From NCBI GenBank assembly GCA_040754655.1, contig JBFMCE010000084.1, forward strand, positions 1 through 17,029: a stretch of DNA of 17,029 bases, written 5' to 3'. Shown piece after piece: positions 7,159 to 15,801 of this stretch (position 1 is the stretch's first letter; every line of letters begins with the position of its first letter). The notes below the pieces were generated by a model that saw only the letters and a program-made list of their open reading frames with translations, searched no databases and had not been told where the DNA came from. The translations under genes and the position numbers were made by a program. This DNA comes from Bdellovibrionota bacterium. Its GTDB lineage: Bacteria; Bdellovibrionota; UBA1018; UBA923.

Positions 7159-8448
7159 TCAATACTGCAAATCACTGACCACGCTTCCGAATGAGAGAAG
7201 ATTTATAGGCGCACCAGCGTTGGCAGAGATCTCTTGCCAGGTCATGCCGTCGCTAGACCGGTAAACACGCATTGTTGAAGTGCCGTAGTGATAAAACGTT
7301 GCGATGAAAACGCCGTCGCCGAAAGTTATTCCTGATCCTGCCAATGCTAACGATCGATTGACCTCGTGGGTGCTCCAAGACTGGCCGCCATTGCGCGAAA
7401 TGTGCACATAGCCTCTACCATTGCTGATCACAACGAAAGTGCTGTTACCGTGAGCGATACTTCCCAGGTAACCTCCCTCAGGCAAGTTTTGATTTGCCCA
7501 GGTGGTGCCACTGTCCGTTGAGAGGGCAATTCTTCCGCCCTCACCCACGGCAACGAATCGATTCTCAGCAAATACAACCGCATCAAGTCGTGTTCGACTG
7601 TCAGTAAGAGCGATCTGCGCCTGAATGGGCCGCGAAGGTTGCAGCGGGTCTACGACGAAGCTGCGGATCAAACCATTATTCCCATAGGTATTGCCCACCG
7701 CCACGAAGCGGTTATTCCCGTAAGCCACTGCTCTAAAGTTGCCTGAGGTGCCCGTCTCATGCGCCGGAAAAGTAGGAAGCCCAGGAATGGTCCATCTTTC
7801 AGCGTCAGTGCTATAGACCCAACGTCCGTTGCCACCAACAGCGAAGTAATATCCCTGACCATACTCTGCATCGCCAAACCAGCCCCGGTTGTCGCTGTAT
7901 TCAACCCAATCGCGTCCGTTGGTGGTAGAAAAAATTCGGCCTAGCGCCGAACCACCGGCGACAACAAAAGTGTTGTTGCCATGACCAACGCCTCTTAAAT
8001 GCCAGTCATTGTCTCCGACGACGCCGTTTCTATCCCAAACCGGATAAACCCATCTGCTGCCATCGCCACTGGCGGCACGGTAAATGGGATCACCCACGCC
8101 AATGAATATATTTTGTTGGCCCACGGGTATTGGGCTTGGGCTTGGGCTTGGGCTTGGGCTTGGGCTTGGGCTTGGGCTTGGTGATGGAGAAGGACTTGGC
8201 GATGGCGATGGCGACGGCGATGGACTCGGGCTCGGTGACGGTGACGCACTCGGAGAGGGCGACGGACTTGGCGTCGGTGCGGGCGTTGGTGAAGCACTTG
8301 CCGCCGGAGACCTGCTCGGCGTCGCTAACACTGCGCCCGAGCCGTCTGCACCCGCTTGGGCAGCATCGTCTGCATTTTTGCAAGCTCCTACCAAGCCACT
8401 GACCAGCACACAAAAGATTGCTAGAAGATTGGACTTATTAAAAAACAT
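7159..8448 (-). CDS. Lipoprotein with a Ser-Pro stalk and a BNR/Asp-box-type beta-propeller domain
   Basis: Lipobox LVGA-C; a long (SP)n linker; repeated blades FVAVG..G.I..S.DG..W including Asp-boxes STDSGTTW and SRNGGQSW; GAGGGG RBS before ATG 8448. Confidence 0.85.
   Translation of the reverse strand: MFFNKSNLLAIFCVLVSGLVGACKNADDAAQAGADGSGAVLATPSRSPAASASPTPAPTPSPSPSPSASPSPSPSPSPSPSPSPSPSPSPSPSPSPSPSPSPSPSPIPVGQQNIFIGVGDPIYRAASGDGSRWVYPVWDRNGVVGDNDWHLRGVGHGNNTFVVAGGSALGRIFSTTNGRDWVEYSDNRGWFGDAEYGQGYYFAVGGNGRWVYSTDAERWTIPGLPTFPAHETGTSGNFRAVAYGNNRFVAVGNTYGNNGLIRSFVVDPLQPSRPIQAQIALTDSRTRLDAVVFAENRFVAVGEGGRIALSTDSGTTWANQNLPEGGYLGSIAHGNSTFVVISNGRGYVHISRNGGQSWSTHEVNRSLALAGSGITFGDGVFIATFYHYGTSTMRVYRSSDGMTWQEISANAGAPINLLSFGSVVSDLQY
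8131..8181. repeat. Perfect hexamer microsatellite (TGGGCT)x8 plus TGG, encoding Ser-Pro repeats
   Basis: Read directly from the sequence. The rest of the SP tract (8182 to about 8270) uses mixed codons. Confidence 0.95.
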
Positions 8449-8697
8449 ATCCCCTCAGACAGCCCTAAAAATACCCTATACAAGACATTGTCCCACATAT
8501 TGACAAAACGCATCAACAACAGAAATGTAAACTGTTTTTGTTTATTAAAACCAATGGCTTGTTGGTTGAATTTCTAGTTCTGCAAAGAGGCCTATCTCAA
8601 TGAACACCTTGAACAGAAAGACCCAAAGCCCATGTCAATTTTCTTGACACTCCTTGAAAGTCGGTTTCAGCTTAACCAAAAAGGAAAAGACAAAATC

Positions 8698-9879
8698 ATG
8701 CTTGCAAAAAAACCTTGGGTTTTGATTTCGGCGTTCTTTTGCTTTCAGTTTCTATCGGCAGCCCCCTGCTTTGCAGAAGAACTTAAAGTTTTAATACCAA
8801 TCCGAAGTAATCCCGAAGGAGCAAGTCTCAAAAAATCTGACGCCTTTTTAGACTGGCAGAGACAAGCCGCAACCGAAGCCACGGCGCCTGATGGTGGTTA
8901 TCTCATCAAAACTATATCGCATGACCAAGTTCCTGAACTTGATTCGTACGAACAGCTCTATGATTTATTCCTTCAAACCCGCGACATGCGGGTGATCCCG
9001 GCAGCCTGGACCGCTTCTAAGCGCGACCGAAGACTGAGCTGGTTAAACCCAAACGAGCACTGTATGAACCGCGCTTTCATCATTCAATACATGCTTGAAA
9101 AATTAGGCGCCCCTGTTCCAGCAACGATCGAGGCGAATTTTAGCATGCGCGTATGCACAAAGCGGAATATTAGGTGTTACAGTTATACCTTTCATTTCGT
9201 CGTCGCTTACCGTGTGAAAAGTGAGGTTTATGTCTTTGACCATGCATTCGACTTCGAAAAGCCACTTTTGCTGAAAGACTGGCTCGCGATGATGGGACGA
9301 GAAAGTTACGACAAGAACGAGCTCTCGTACGCGATGCGAGCAAGCCCCCTGTCTCCAAAATTTTTAGAGACCGTGTTCACTGATATTGGATTCAACCGCA
9401 CTTTTGACGGCGAAAAAGATTACCTGGAATGGCTGGGCCTCTCTTCTGAAGCAATTTTGGGAGACAACCCCCCGTGGCTCGCGCTTGAACCTAAGTTTTT
9501 GCCGAAATGGCAAAAGACCAATGAACAAAAAATCAATGACTTCATAGAATGCGATCGAGAAAATCAATTCACAGTGGCAAAAGCCATATTTTCAACTCGC
9601 GACGCCCTGGCAATGAGACTCTTGCTTAAAAACCTTCAATTTCGCGACACCAAAAGAGCTTTTAACTACGTCATTGAAAATGAGCAGGCCCAAGAGATAG
9701 AAAACTCTAAGATCAACACTGGCTTCGGAGAGCGCACGGGGGCCGCTCTGGGAAGAATGCTTAGAATTAAATTTCAGCCTACATCTATGGCTCAGCCATC
9801 TGATGTTGAAAGCTGCGGCAAATTTAAAAGTGAGATCTATTCAAAATACATTCTAGGAGTGGAAGCGCTGCAAAAGTAG
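8698..9879 (+). CDS. Secreted protein-glutamine glutaminase-family (papain-like Cys-His-Asp) protein
   Basis: RRLSWLNPNEHCMNRA (Cys 9061-9063), YTFHFV (His 9193-9195), VYVFD (Asp 9238-9240) and PLLLKDW match the protein-glutaminase pattern. The likely start is ATG 8698 with an AAGGA RBS and a signal peptide. About 130 extra C-terminal residues are unassigned. Confidence 0.72.
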   Translation: MLAKKPWVLISAFFCFQFLSAAPCFAEELKVLIPIRSNPEGASLKKSDAFLDWQRQAATEATAPDGGYLIKTISHDQVPELDSYEQLYDLFLQTRDMRVIPAAWTASKRDRRLSWLNPNEHCMNRAFIIQYMLEKLGAPVPATIEANFSMRVCTKRNIRCYSYTFHFVVAYRVKSEVYVFDHAFDFEKPLLLKDWLAMMGRESYDKNELSYAMRASPLSPKFLETVFTDIGFNRTFDGEKDYLEWLGLSSEAILGDNPPWLALEPKFLPKWQKTNEQKINDFIECDRENQFTVAKAIFSTRDALAMRLLLKNLQFRDTKRAFNYVIENEQAQEIENSKINTGFGERTGAALGRMLRIKFQPTSMAQPSDVESCGKFKSEIYSKYILGVEALQK

Positions 9880-9887
9880 ATCGCCTA

Positions 9888-10949
9888 CTATGACCGTTTC
9901 ATCTCTTTGCCGTACTGAGGCGAAAGTCCATGTGGTAGGCTTTCAACCACGACCCCCGGAGCGCATTCAACAAACTCAGCGAACTCGCGGAGCTCAGTCA
10001 AACTGCGCGCACCGACATAAGAGAGCCCTGATCGTACGCCACCCAAGAAAGGCCCAAGAACATCGGCCACCGGCCCCTTGGTTTCGATTTGGGTTGCCAC
10101 TCCTTCAGGATGACGGTCTTTAAACGTATAGCCGTAGTGATTTCCTTGCGCTTCGGCTGAGGCCATCCCACGATAGGTGCCCGATTCACGCGCCCAGGAA
10201 GGAACCTCATCAGTTCCTGCCAAGAGCTTTCCAAGCATCACCAGAGAAGCCCCCGCAGCAAGCGCTTTCGTCGCATCGCCGCTGTTTCTGATACCGCCAT
10301 CGGCAATCAAGGGAGCCGAGGTCGCTTGTGCGCAATCCGCAATCGCCGTAAGTTGCCCATAGCCTGCCCCAGTCACAATGCGCGTCGTGCACATGCTTCC
10401 CGGACCGATGCCCACCTTCAAAATATCAGCTCCCCACGCGGTCAGATCCGATGCACCTTCAGGAGTGGCCACGTTGCCGCCAATGAACACTGGTCGCAAG
10501 AGAGGGGCGAATCTCGCCCGAGTCAAGCTCTCACTGAAATCCCTGAGTTCAGACAGCGCCTTTTGCATCATCGTGCTGTGGCCATGCGCCACATCTAAAC
10601 AAAGAACGTTTGCCCCGCGCTCAAGAAGCTGTTTCGCAAACGCTATCTCATCTTTCGTGACGCCCACGGCAAGCGCACGATGCTTTAAATCAGAGATTTT
10701 CTCAAGTTGTTGGAAACGCGCCTCGGTTGATAGGTAACGGTGGATGATGCCTAAACCGCCGATGGCCTCAAGCGCCTTGGCCATTTCATGTTCGGTGATC
10801 GTATCCATATTCGAAGAGACAATGGGAATCCCAAGTTGCATCCCGGCAAGGTTGACTGAAACATCAACATGTCCCCTGCTTTCAATAGTTGAAAGCCTGG
10901 GAACCAAAAGCAAATCGTCAAAACCGAATGTTTTCTTACGGATTTTCAT
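9888..10949 (-). CDS. guaC: IMP dehydrogenase/GMP reductase family protein lacking CBS domains; probably GMP reductase
   Basis: [53 protein letters not shown] and PEGV. There is no CBS insert and the flap lacks the IMPDH Arg-Tyr dyad. The family call is secure; guaC versus guaB is inferred. Confidence 0.85.
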   Translation of the reverse strand: MKIRKKTFGFDDLLLVPRLSTIESRGHVDVSVNLAGMQLGIPIVSSNMDTITEHEMAKALEAIGGLGIIHRYLSTEARFQQLEKISDLKHRALAVGVTKDEIAFAKQLLERGANVLCLDVAHGHSTMMQKALSELRDFSESLTRARFAPLLRPVFIGGNVATPEGASDLTAWGADILKVGIGPGSMCTTRIVTGAGYGQLTAIADCAQATSAPLIADGGIRNSGDATKALAAGASLVMLGKLLAGTDEVPSWARESGTYRGMASAEAQGNHYGYTFKDRHPEGVATQIETKGPVADVLGPFLGGVRSGLSYVGARSLTELREFAEFVECAPGVVVESLPHGLSPQYGKEMKRS

Positions 10950-11066
10950 TCCATTACCTCACGTCAAAGTCTCTTATCTTGTTTTGAGGCAATGTTCTAG
11001 TCGCTATCCGTCAATCCGCGACTAAGTTGTATTTTGCGTAAAATCCGGCGTTTTGCGCACGACTAT

Positions 11067-12137
11067 TTAGTTTGCTTCCGCAGCGATGTTAGCCCGCACC
11101 CAAGCATCGTTGATTCTTGGGTTCTTGAATCCACTGGATCTGGCGTAAGAAAGGGGGATCCAAATGTAATCAGGGTGCGAGTTCACCAGCTCGTTGTAAG
11201 TGCTGCCGTTTTTCCAACGCCCGCCCGTACCTTGGTTGGTCAAAACGATATTGCCCGATGAAGCGAGGTTTCCCGAAGAGTCAAACTCAAGCGGCGCATC
11301 GACCCAAAGCTCGTAACGCAGGGTGCGCTTCGAGAAAAAGTCGTCTTCCTCCCATTGAAACTCAGGGGTGATTTCATCAGGATCGACTTCATCATTTGCC
11401 CACCACAAGGTAGTTTCCACGTTCACCCGATACAAGTTGCGATAGCGGGGATCGCGACCCAAATAATCGTCTTCACGGATCGGCTTGATTTCATAAGCTA
11501 CTACCGGCTGGTTCCAGATCTCGTAACCGGTGTATCGATCGATGATCACGCTTCGACCTTGCCTGCCGACGATGTTGGTCATCGCCAGGTGAAATTGAGC
11601 TGGCACCACGTCCCAAAACGCCCTGCTCGAAGTGTCTTTCGCGCTCCAAACCCGGTTGCCGATGAAATCAGAACCCGATTCCATCCAATATTCGCTGAGA
11701 ATGGCCTTGCGATCGCGAACTCCAAATCGAACTCCTTTTACATCGATATCAGAGCGAGGCTCCGCTTCCATGATCGCAGCCACCGCCCAACCGTTGCAAT
11801 GGCCCCACCAATCAGGACTGCGCCTGCCTTTGCCATGCCTGTTGTATTCCCACCCGCTGACCCAGTTTCGTTTTCCAAAAACTCGATCCAGTTTCGCTGC
11901 GGCGCTTAAACCGTCAGCGTCGTTCAACCCATTATTGATCCCGCCTTCGCGGTAAGGCCACCAATAGCCGATCCACGGCGTGGGAATAGCCATGGCCTTT
12001 GCGTATTTTTTTTGCAGAGAGGCGAGATTCCACTCTTCGTAGTAACGAGCGGCACCTGCGCTTTCAACAAAGAACACCGAAGCGACAAGAAATGCCAAAT
12101 TCATTAATCGAACCCACCCGGCTGATAAAGTATTCAT
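11067..12137 (-). CDS. Secreted transglutaminase-elicitor-family (Phytophthora GP42-like) protein
   Basis: PWIGYWWP..EGGIN, WWGHCNGWAVAAIMEAEP (11787-11810 and downstream), PAQFHLAMTN, IIDRYTGYEIWNQPV, LRYEL, GGRW and SHPDYIW follow the family's motif order. The likely start is ATG 12137, overlapping the upstream TGA (ATGA). Confidence 0.82.
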   Translation of the reverse strand: MNTLSAGWVRLMNLAFLVASVFFVESAGAARYYEEWNLASLQKKYAKAMAIPTPWIGYWWPYREGGINNGLNDADGLSAAAKLDRVFGKRNWVSGWEYNRHGKGRRSPDWWGHCNGWAVAAIMEAEPRSDIDVKGVRFGVRDRKAILSEYWMESGSDFIGNRVWSAKDTSSRAFWDVVPAQFHLAMTNIVGRQGRSVIIDRYTGYEIWNQPVVAYEIKPIREDDYLGRDPRYRNLYRVNVETTLWWANDEVDPDEITPEFQWEEDDFFSKRTLRYELWVDAPLEFDSSGNLASSGNIVLTNQGTGGRWKNGSTYNELVNSHPDYIWIPLSYARSSGFKNPRINDAWVRANIAAEAN

Positions 12138-12853
12138 TTTTGAATTTCCTGTTTTACAAGAGTGTACCTTCCGCTGGGACTCTCGATTTGGGTTGGCCAA
12201 AGATCACCCTTGCGCCACAAAACCTTGACGGTGCGCTTAAAAAGATCGGGTGATTTCATTTCAAAAGACTCGTTGCTCGCTACCGAGACGGTGGCTTCCT
12301 GAAAATTGGGAAGCTCAACGGGAAAAGGATCAAAACCGATCGGGACATTGTCTTCTGTACCTAGGCTGGCGACAACCGGATTCGTTTGATCGCGGTAGAA
12401 GTATTGCTTGGATACGATGTGAAACCTGGGATCGATCTCCAAACGCAGTTTCGTGATGCGCGACGGGGGCATCAGATCACCCGGTCCTCGCGATTCAACA
12501 ACATCGATTTGTGCGTTGCCATTTGATCTGTCAATTTCAACCACGTTGAATGAGTAAAGCACCGGCGCCAGCTCGCGATTTTCTTTGGCTTCCTTCTCGG
12601 TGTTTCTTCTAATCATCCCATGGCTGATTCGACTGACGCTGATCGTCCAGCGGTCTCCAACCCTATAAAACCGAGGCATGAGTTGCATCGCAATTCCTCC
12701 GTCGGCTTGCAGGGCATAATGGTTCTGTCGGCGAGATTGTTCTTCGACGTAGCGCGAAGCCTCAGCCAGATCGGCTTCATCCCAGGGACCGGCGGAAACA
12801 GAGTCGCTGTTCAAGAGAAAAAAAAGGAAAAACGCGAAAGCAGTGGTCTTCAT
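12134..12853 (-). CDS. Secreted hypothetical protein, translationally coupled to the transglutaminase-like gene
   Basis: 239-aa ORF with signal peptide MKTTAFAFFLFFLLNSDSVSA and a beta-rich mature region (YRVGDRWTISVS). No family recognised. Confidence 0.8.
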   Translation of the reverse strand: MKTTAFAFFLFFLLNSDSVSAGPWDEADLAEASRYVEEQSRRQNHYALQADGGIAMQLMPRFYRVGDRWTISVSRISHGMIRRNTEKEAKENRELAPVLYSFNVVEIDRSNGNAQIDVVESRGPGDLMPPSRITKLRLEIDPRFHIVSKQYFYRDQTNPVVASLGTEDNVPIGFDPFPVELPNFQEATVSVASNESFEMKSPDLFKRTVKVLWRKGDLWPTQIESPSGRYTLVKQEIQK

Positions 12854-13015
12854 GAATCTAATGAAGTACCAGGCAACTCAAGTCTCTCAAGCGATTCAAT
12901 TGTGATGACGCTTGCACTGGTCAAATTGCCGCGACGGTCAACGAAGTCTATTGAGCCGGACGTTTTTTAAGGAGGCGATTTTGAGGAATGTATTAAGTCA
13001 AAAGCGTCACTTAAC

Positions 13016-13375
13016 CTAACAGATGCGGGTGCGGTTATCGAACCCTTCCTCATACCCATGAAAATGATCGACGTCGTCTTCAGGATAGTTCCAGCAATAG
13101 TAGCCCTGTCCATTGTCAAAATCGACGAGCCAGAGTCCTTTCACTTCGCACCCCAACTTCTGAAGCTTTTCCGCCCAAAGACGAACAACGCTATCGATAT
13201 CTTGACGGGTTTCTTCAAACTCCGGATCTTCCTCGGAAAGAGTCTCGAGACGGTCCAAGTTCGAATGAACCCGCTCAACCACGCTCGCCGTGATCTTCTT
13301 GACCAGGGGTAGTAGGTCCCGAGCCTCTTGAAGGCTGAAGATGCGTTTTTCTTTTCCTATCGAGGGTACTGACAT
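13016..13375 (-). CDS. DUF2203 domain protein
   Basis: RIFSLQEARDLLPLV, LGCEVKGLWLVDF and YYCWNYPEDDVDHFHGYEEGF.NR match the family. The likely start is ATG 13375 with a TAAGGA RBS. Confidence 0.88.
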   Translation of the reverse strand: MSVPSIGKEKRIFSLQEARDLLPLVKKITASVVERVHSNLDRLETLSEEDPEFEETRQDIDSVVRLWAEKLQKLGCEVKGLWLVDFDNGQGYYCWNYPEDDVDHFHGYEEGFDNRTRIC

Positions 13376-13524
13376 AGGTTCCTTATAGGCGTTGGTTTCT
13401 CTTTCAGTCAACCCCACCGCGAGTCAAAAATCGCTGGCGACGCGAGTCGAGCATTCGATTGACTTCAAGCTCGATTTCGGTTACCGCAGGGCAATATTTT
13501 TGCTTTACTTTAGGTCACGAAACC

Positions 13525-14697
13525 ATGCTTAAGAGATTTTTTTTCATAATTCTGTTCTTGTTCTCCGCTCACGCATTTCCAGCGCTTGCTCAGATGAAAA
13601 TTTCGTTGGTTACAATTAGTCCTGGTTCAGAACTGAGTTCGGCCTTCGGACACTCTCTTGTGTTGGTGCAAAACGGCGAAACCTCTTCCGAGGTTGACCT
13701 CTATGAATACGGCGGGGTTGATCTCGGCAGTATATTTCAAGTGCCCGATGACGTTAAAGGGTCGCCAGAAACAATGCAGCAACACCTGTTCATGCAACTC
13801 TATCTGATCCTTAGTTCCTCAACCAAGACCCAGCTTTCGCGCGTCAAAACAACAATCGATCCGAAAAAGCAGATTCCCGCAATTCTTTACAACAACTATC
13901 TTTCAAATGAACACGAAACGCGAACCCTGCTCGTTGATCAATTGAACTTGAGCGATGAAAAAGCTCAGACCTTTGTTAAGCATCTTCAAACAGACCTGGG
14001 TCGTGAAGAAAGTTACGAGAACTTTACCAACAACTGCGCGACCAAGGTACGAGACCGGCTTTTCGCTGACGACGTCCTCGGGAAAGAAGCGCGAGACGCT
14101 TTCTTCGACAAAGAAGTGCCGCTTTCGCTAAAACAGATCGCGATGCAATCGATTGATGATGGAGCGAGTTCGACCGAGCAAAATACTCTTTATTTGGTCT
14201 CTCCTGAAGCCATGCGTTCGCAAGAAGGAAGCGATATCACAAGGTTCCTTAGAAGCTTCGGCCTCAACTGGAGGTTTCGAGGAAATCCGATGCGCTCGGC
14301 CTCGCAAAATTTTTATGAATCCGCGAGCGCTGCAGATGCCAAGTTTCGAGAACTTGCTCTTGCAGCAAGCAAAACGGGCTCCTTCTTCGGCGGTGCAATG
14401 ATTGGCCTTTCAAATGCCTTTCATGAGTATTTTTTCAGGGAAGAACTTGTCGCTGCCTCCAACCCTAGGTACAAAACCCTGTTTACTCCAAAGCTAGTGC
14501 GAGAGGCGCTGCTCGAAATAGAGATCGAAGAAAAAGACGGCCAAGGAAAACTTCAAAAACGGCGCGTGATCGACCCCACAAAGGCCCTCATCCTTACGAA
14601 TAAAAAGCCGCCGGCACCAGCAAGGCTATCAGTGATCAAACGCGGCGCCCGCACTGACACAACTACGACAGCGACAACTACAGCTAGTGAACTCTAA
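13525..14697 (+). CDS. Secreted DUF4105 / Lnb N-terminal-like domain protein (permuted papain-like, His before Cys)
   Basis: ISLVTISPGSELSSAFGHS (His 13651-13653), LNLS, and YENFTNNCATKVRD (Cys 14035-14037). The likely start is ATG 13525 with signal peptide MLKRFFFIILFLFSAHAFPALA. Confidence 0.8.
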   Translation: MLKRFFFIILFLFSAHAFPALAQMKISLVTISPGSELSSAFGHSLVLVQNGETSSEVDLYEYGGVDLGSIFQVPDDVKGSPETMQQHLFMQLYLILSSSTKTQLSRVKTTIDPKKQIPAILYNNYLSNEHETRTLLVDQLNLSDEKAQTFVKHLQTDLGREESYENFTNNCATKVRDRLFADDVLGKEARDAFFDKEVPLSLKQIAMQSIDDGASSTEQNTLYLVSPEAMRSQEGSDITRFLRSFGLNWRFRGNPMRSASQNFYESASAADAKFRELALAASKTGSFFGGAMIGLSNAFHEYFFREELVAASNPRYKTLFTPKLVREALLEIEIEEKDGQGKLQKRRVIDPTKALILTNKKPPAPARLSVIKRGARTDTTTTATTTASEL

Positions 14698-14721
14698 TAA
14701 GGGCTGTTATGATGCATCCAT

Positions 14722-15252
14722 ATGAGCGCATCAAAAAAATCTCCCGGAAACGGCAATAACAAGGGTAAACGCGTCCGCGATTCACAAGTTGAAATGACTG
14801 AGATCGTATTGCCAGGCCACACCAATCAATTGGGTACGATCTTCGGTGGCCAGCTGATGGCTTGGATTGACGTCGCAGCATCGATCGCCGCGGGCAGGCA
14901 TGCGCGCAGCGTTTGCGTGACAGCGAGCATTGATACCTTGCATTTCGTCACGCCAGTGAAGCTAGGCCACTTCGTTTCAATTCTCGCAAGCGTCAACTAC
15001 ACGGGCACGACTTCGATGGAGATCGGCGTAAGGCTTGATAGCGAAGATCCTTTTAGTGGCGGACGTACCCATGTGGCGACAGCTTATCTTACTTTTGTTG
15101 CACTCGATGGAAATGGTAAACCAAGGCCCGTTCCACCGGTGATCGCTGAAACTGAAGAAGAAAAAAGAAGATATCACGACGCCCAACTCCGCAGGGAAGC
15201 AAGACTGGGATTAAAGTCGCAGCTTCAAGCAAAGCGCAAATCAATCGTCTAG
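14722..15252 (+). CDS. Acyl-CoA thioesterase (HotDog fold, YciA-like)
   Basis: VLPGHTNQLGTIFGGQLMAWID, CVTASID, VNYTGTTSMEIGV and AYLTFVALD..GKP. Confidence 0.95.
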   Translation: MSASKKSPGNGNNKGKRVRDSQVEMTEIVLPGHTNQLGTIFGGQLMAWIDVAASIAAGRHARSVCVTASIDTLHFVTPVKLGHFVSILASVNYTGTTSMEIGVRLDSEDPFSGGRTHVATAYLTFVALDGNGKPRPVPPVIAETEEEKRRYHDAQLRREARLGLKSQLQAKRKSIV

Positions 15253-15801
15253 TTCTGTGTCTTCCGCATTAGGTAGCCAATACTTGTCAAACTCTTGCTC
15301 AAACACAAACTTTGAAGAATCGACAAGTTTATCGACATAAAGTTTTCCATCAAGGTGGTCGAATTCATGCTGCAAGACGGTAGCTAAGAATCCTTCGCCA
15401 AGGATTTCTTGCGGTTTAGCGTCTCGATCAAAGTATTTCACTTTGATCTTATTGGGTCTTGCGACAAGGCCTCTCAAACCGGGGACGCTCAAACATCCTT
15501 CCCAGTAAGTTCCCATCTCCTTAGAGAGGATCGTAACCTCAGGGTTGATGAAAACGTGCAGGCCAGAATTCTTTTTATCGGGATATCGTGGATTGTTGTC
15601 TTGAATCTCGATGACCGAGACTCGAATCGATCGGTGCACTTGAGGTGCGGCAAGCCCGATGCCGTCATACTCATGCATGGTTTCAATCATATCGTCGATA
15701 AATCGTTGAAACTCTGGTTTCATGATTTCTTTGGAACTCACGGGTTCTGCTGCTCGTCTCAAAATAGGATGCCCCATGCGGGCGACTTTTAGGATGGCCA
15801 T
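15241..15801 (-). CDS. def: Peptide deformylase
   Basis: All three motifs are present: GIGLAAPQV, EGCLSV and QHEFDHLDG. The likely start is ATG 15801 (MAILKVARMGHPILR). The 3' end overlaps the convergent thioesterase by 12 nt. Confidence 0.97.
   Translation of the reverse strand: MAILKVARMGHPILRRAAEPVSSKEIMKPEFQRFIDDMIETMHEYDGIGLAAPQVHRSIRVSVIEIQDNNPRYPDKKNSGLHVFINPEVTILSKEMGTYWEGCLSVPGLRGLVARPNKIKVKYFDRDAKPQEILGEGFLATVLQHEFDHLDGKLYVDKLVDSSKFVFEQEFDKYWLPNAEDTELDD

Noticed and set aside
7995..8503. ORFs with QAQA, WAWA, GLGL and KPKP repeats
   Set aside because: These are alternative-frame readings of the Ser-Pro microsatellite.
15241..15252. 12-nt convergent overlap of the thioesterase and def
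   Set aside because: Real, but common in compact genomes, with no sign of a special function.
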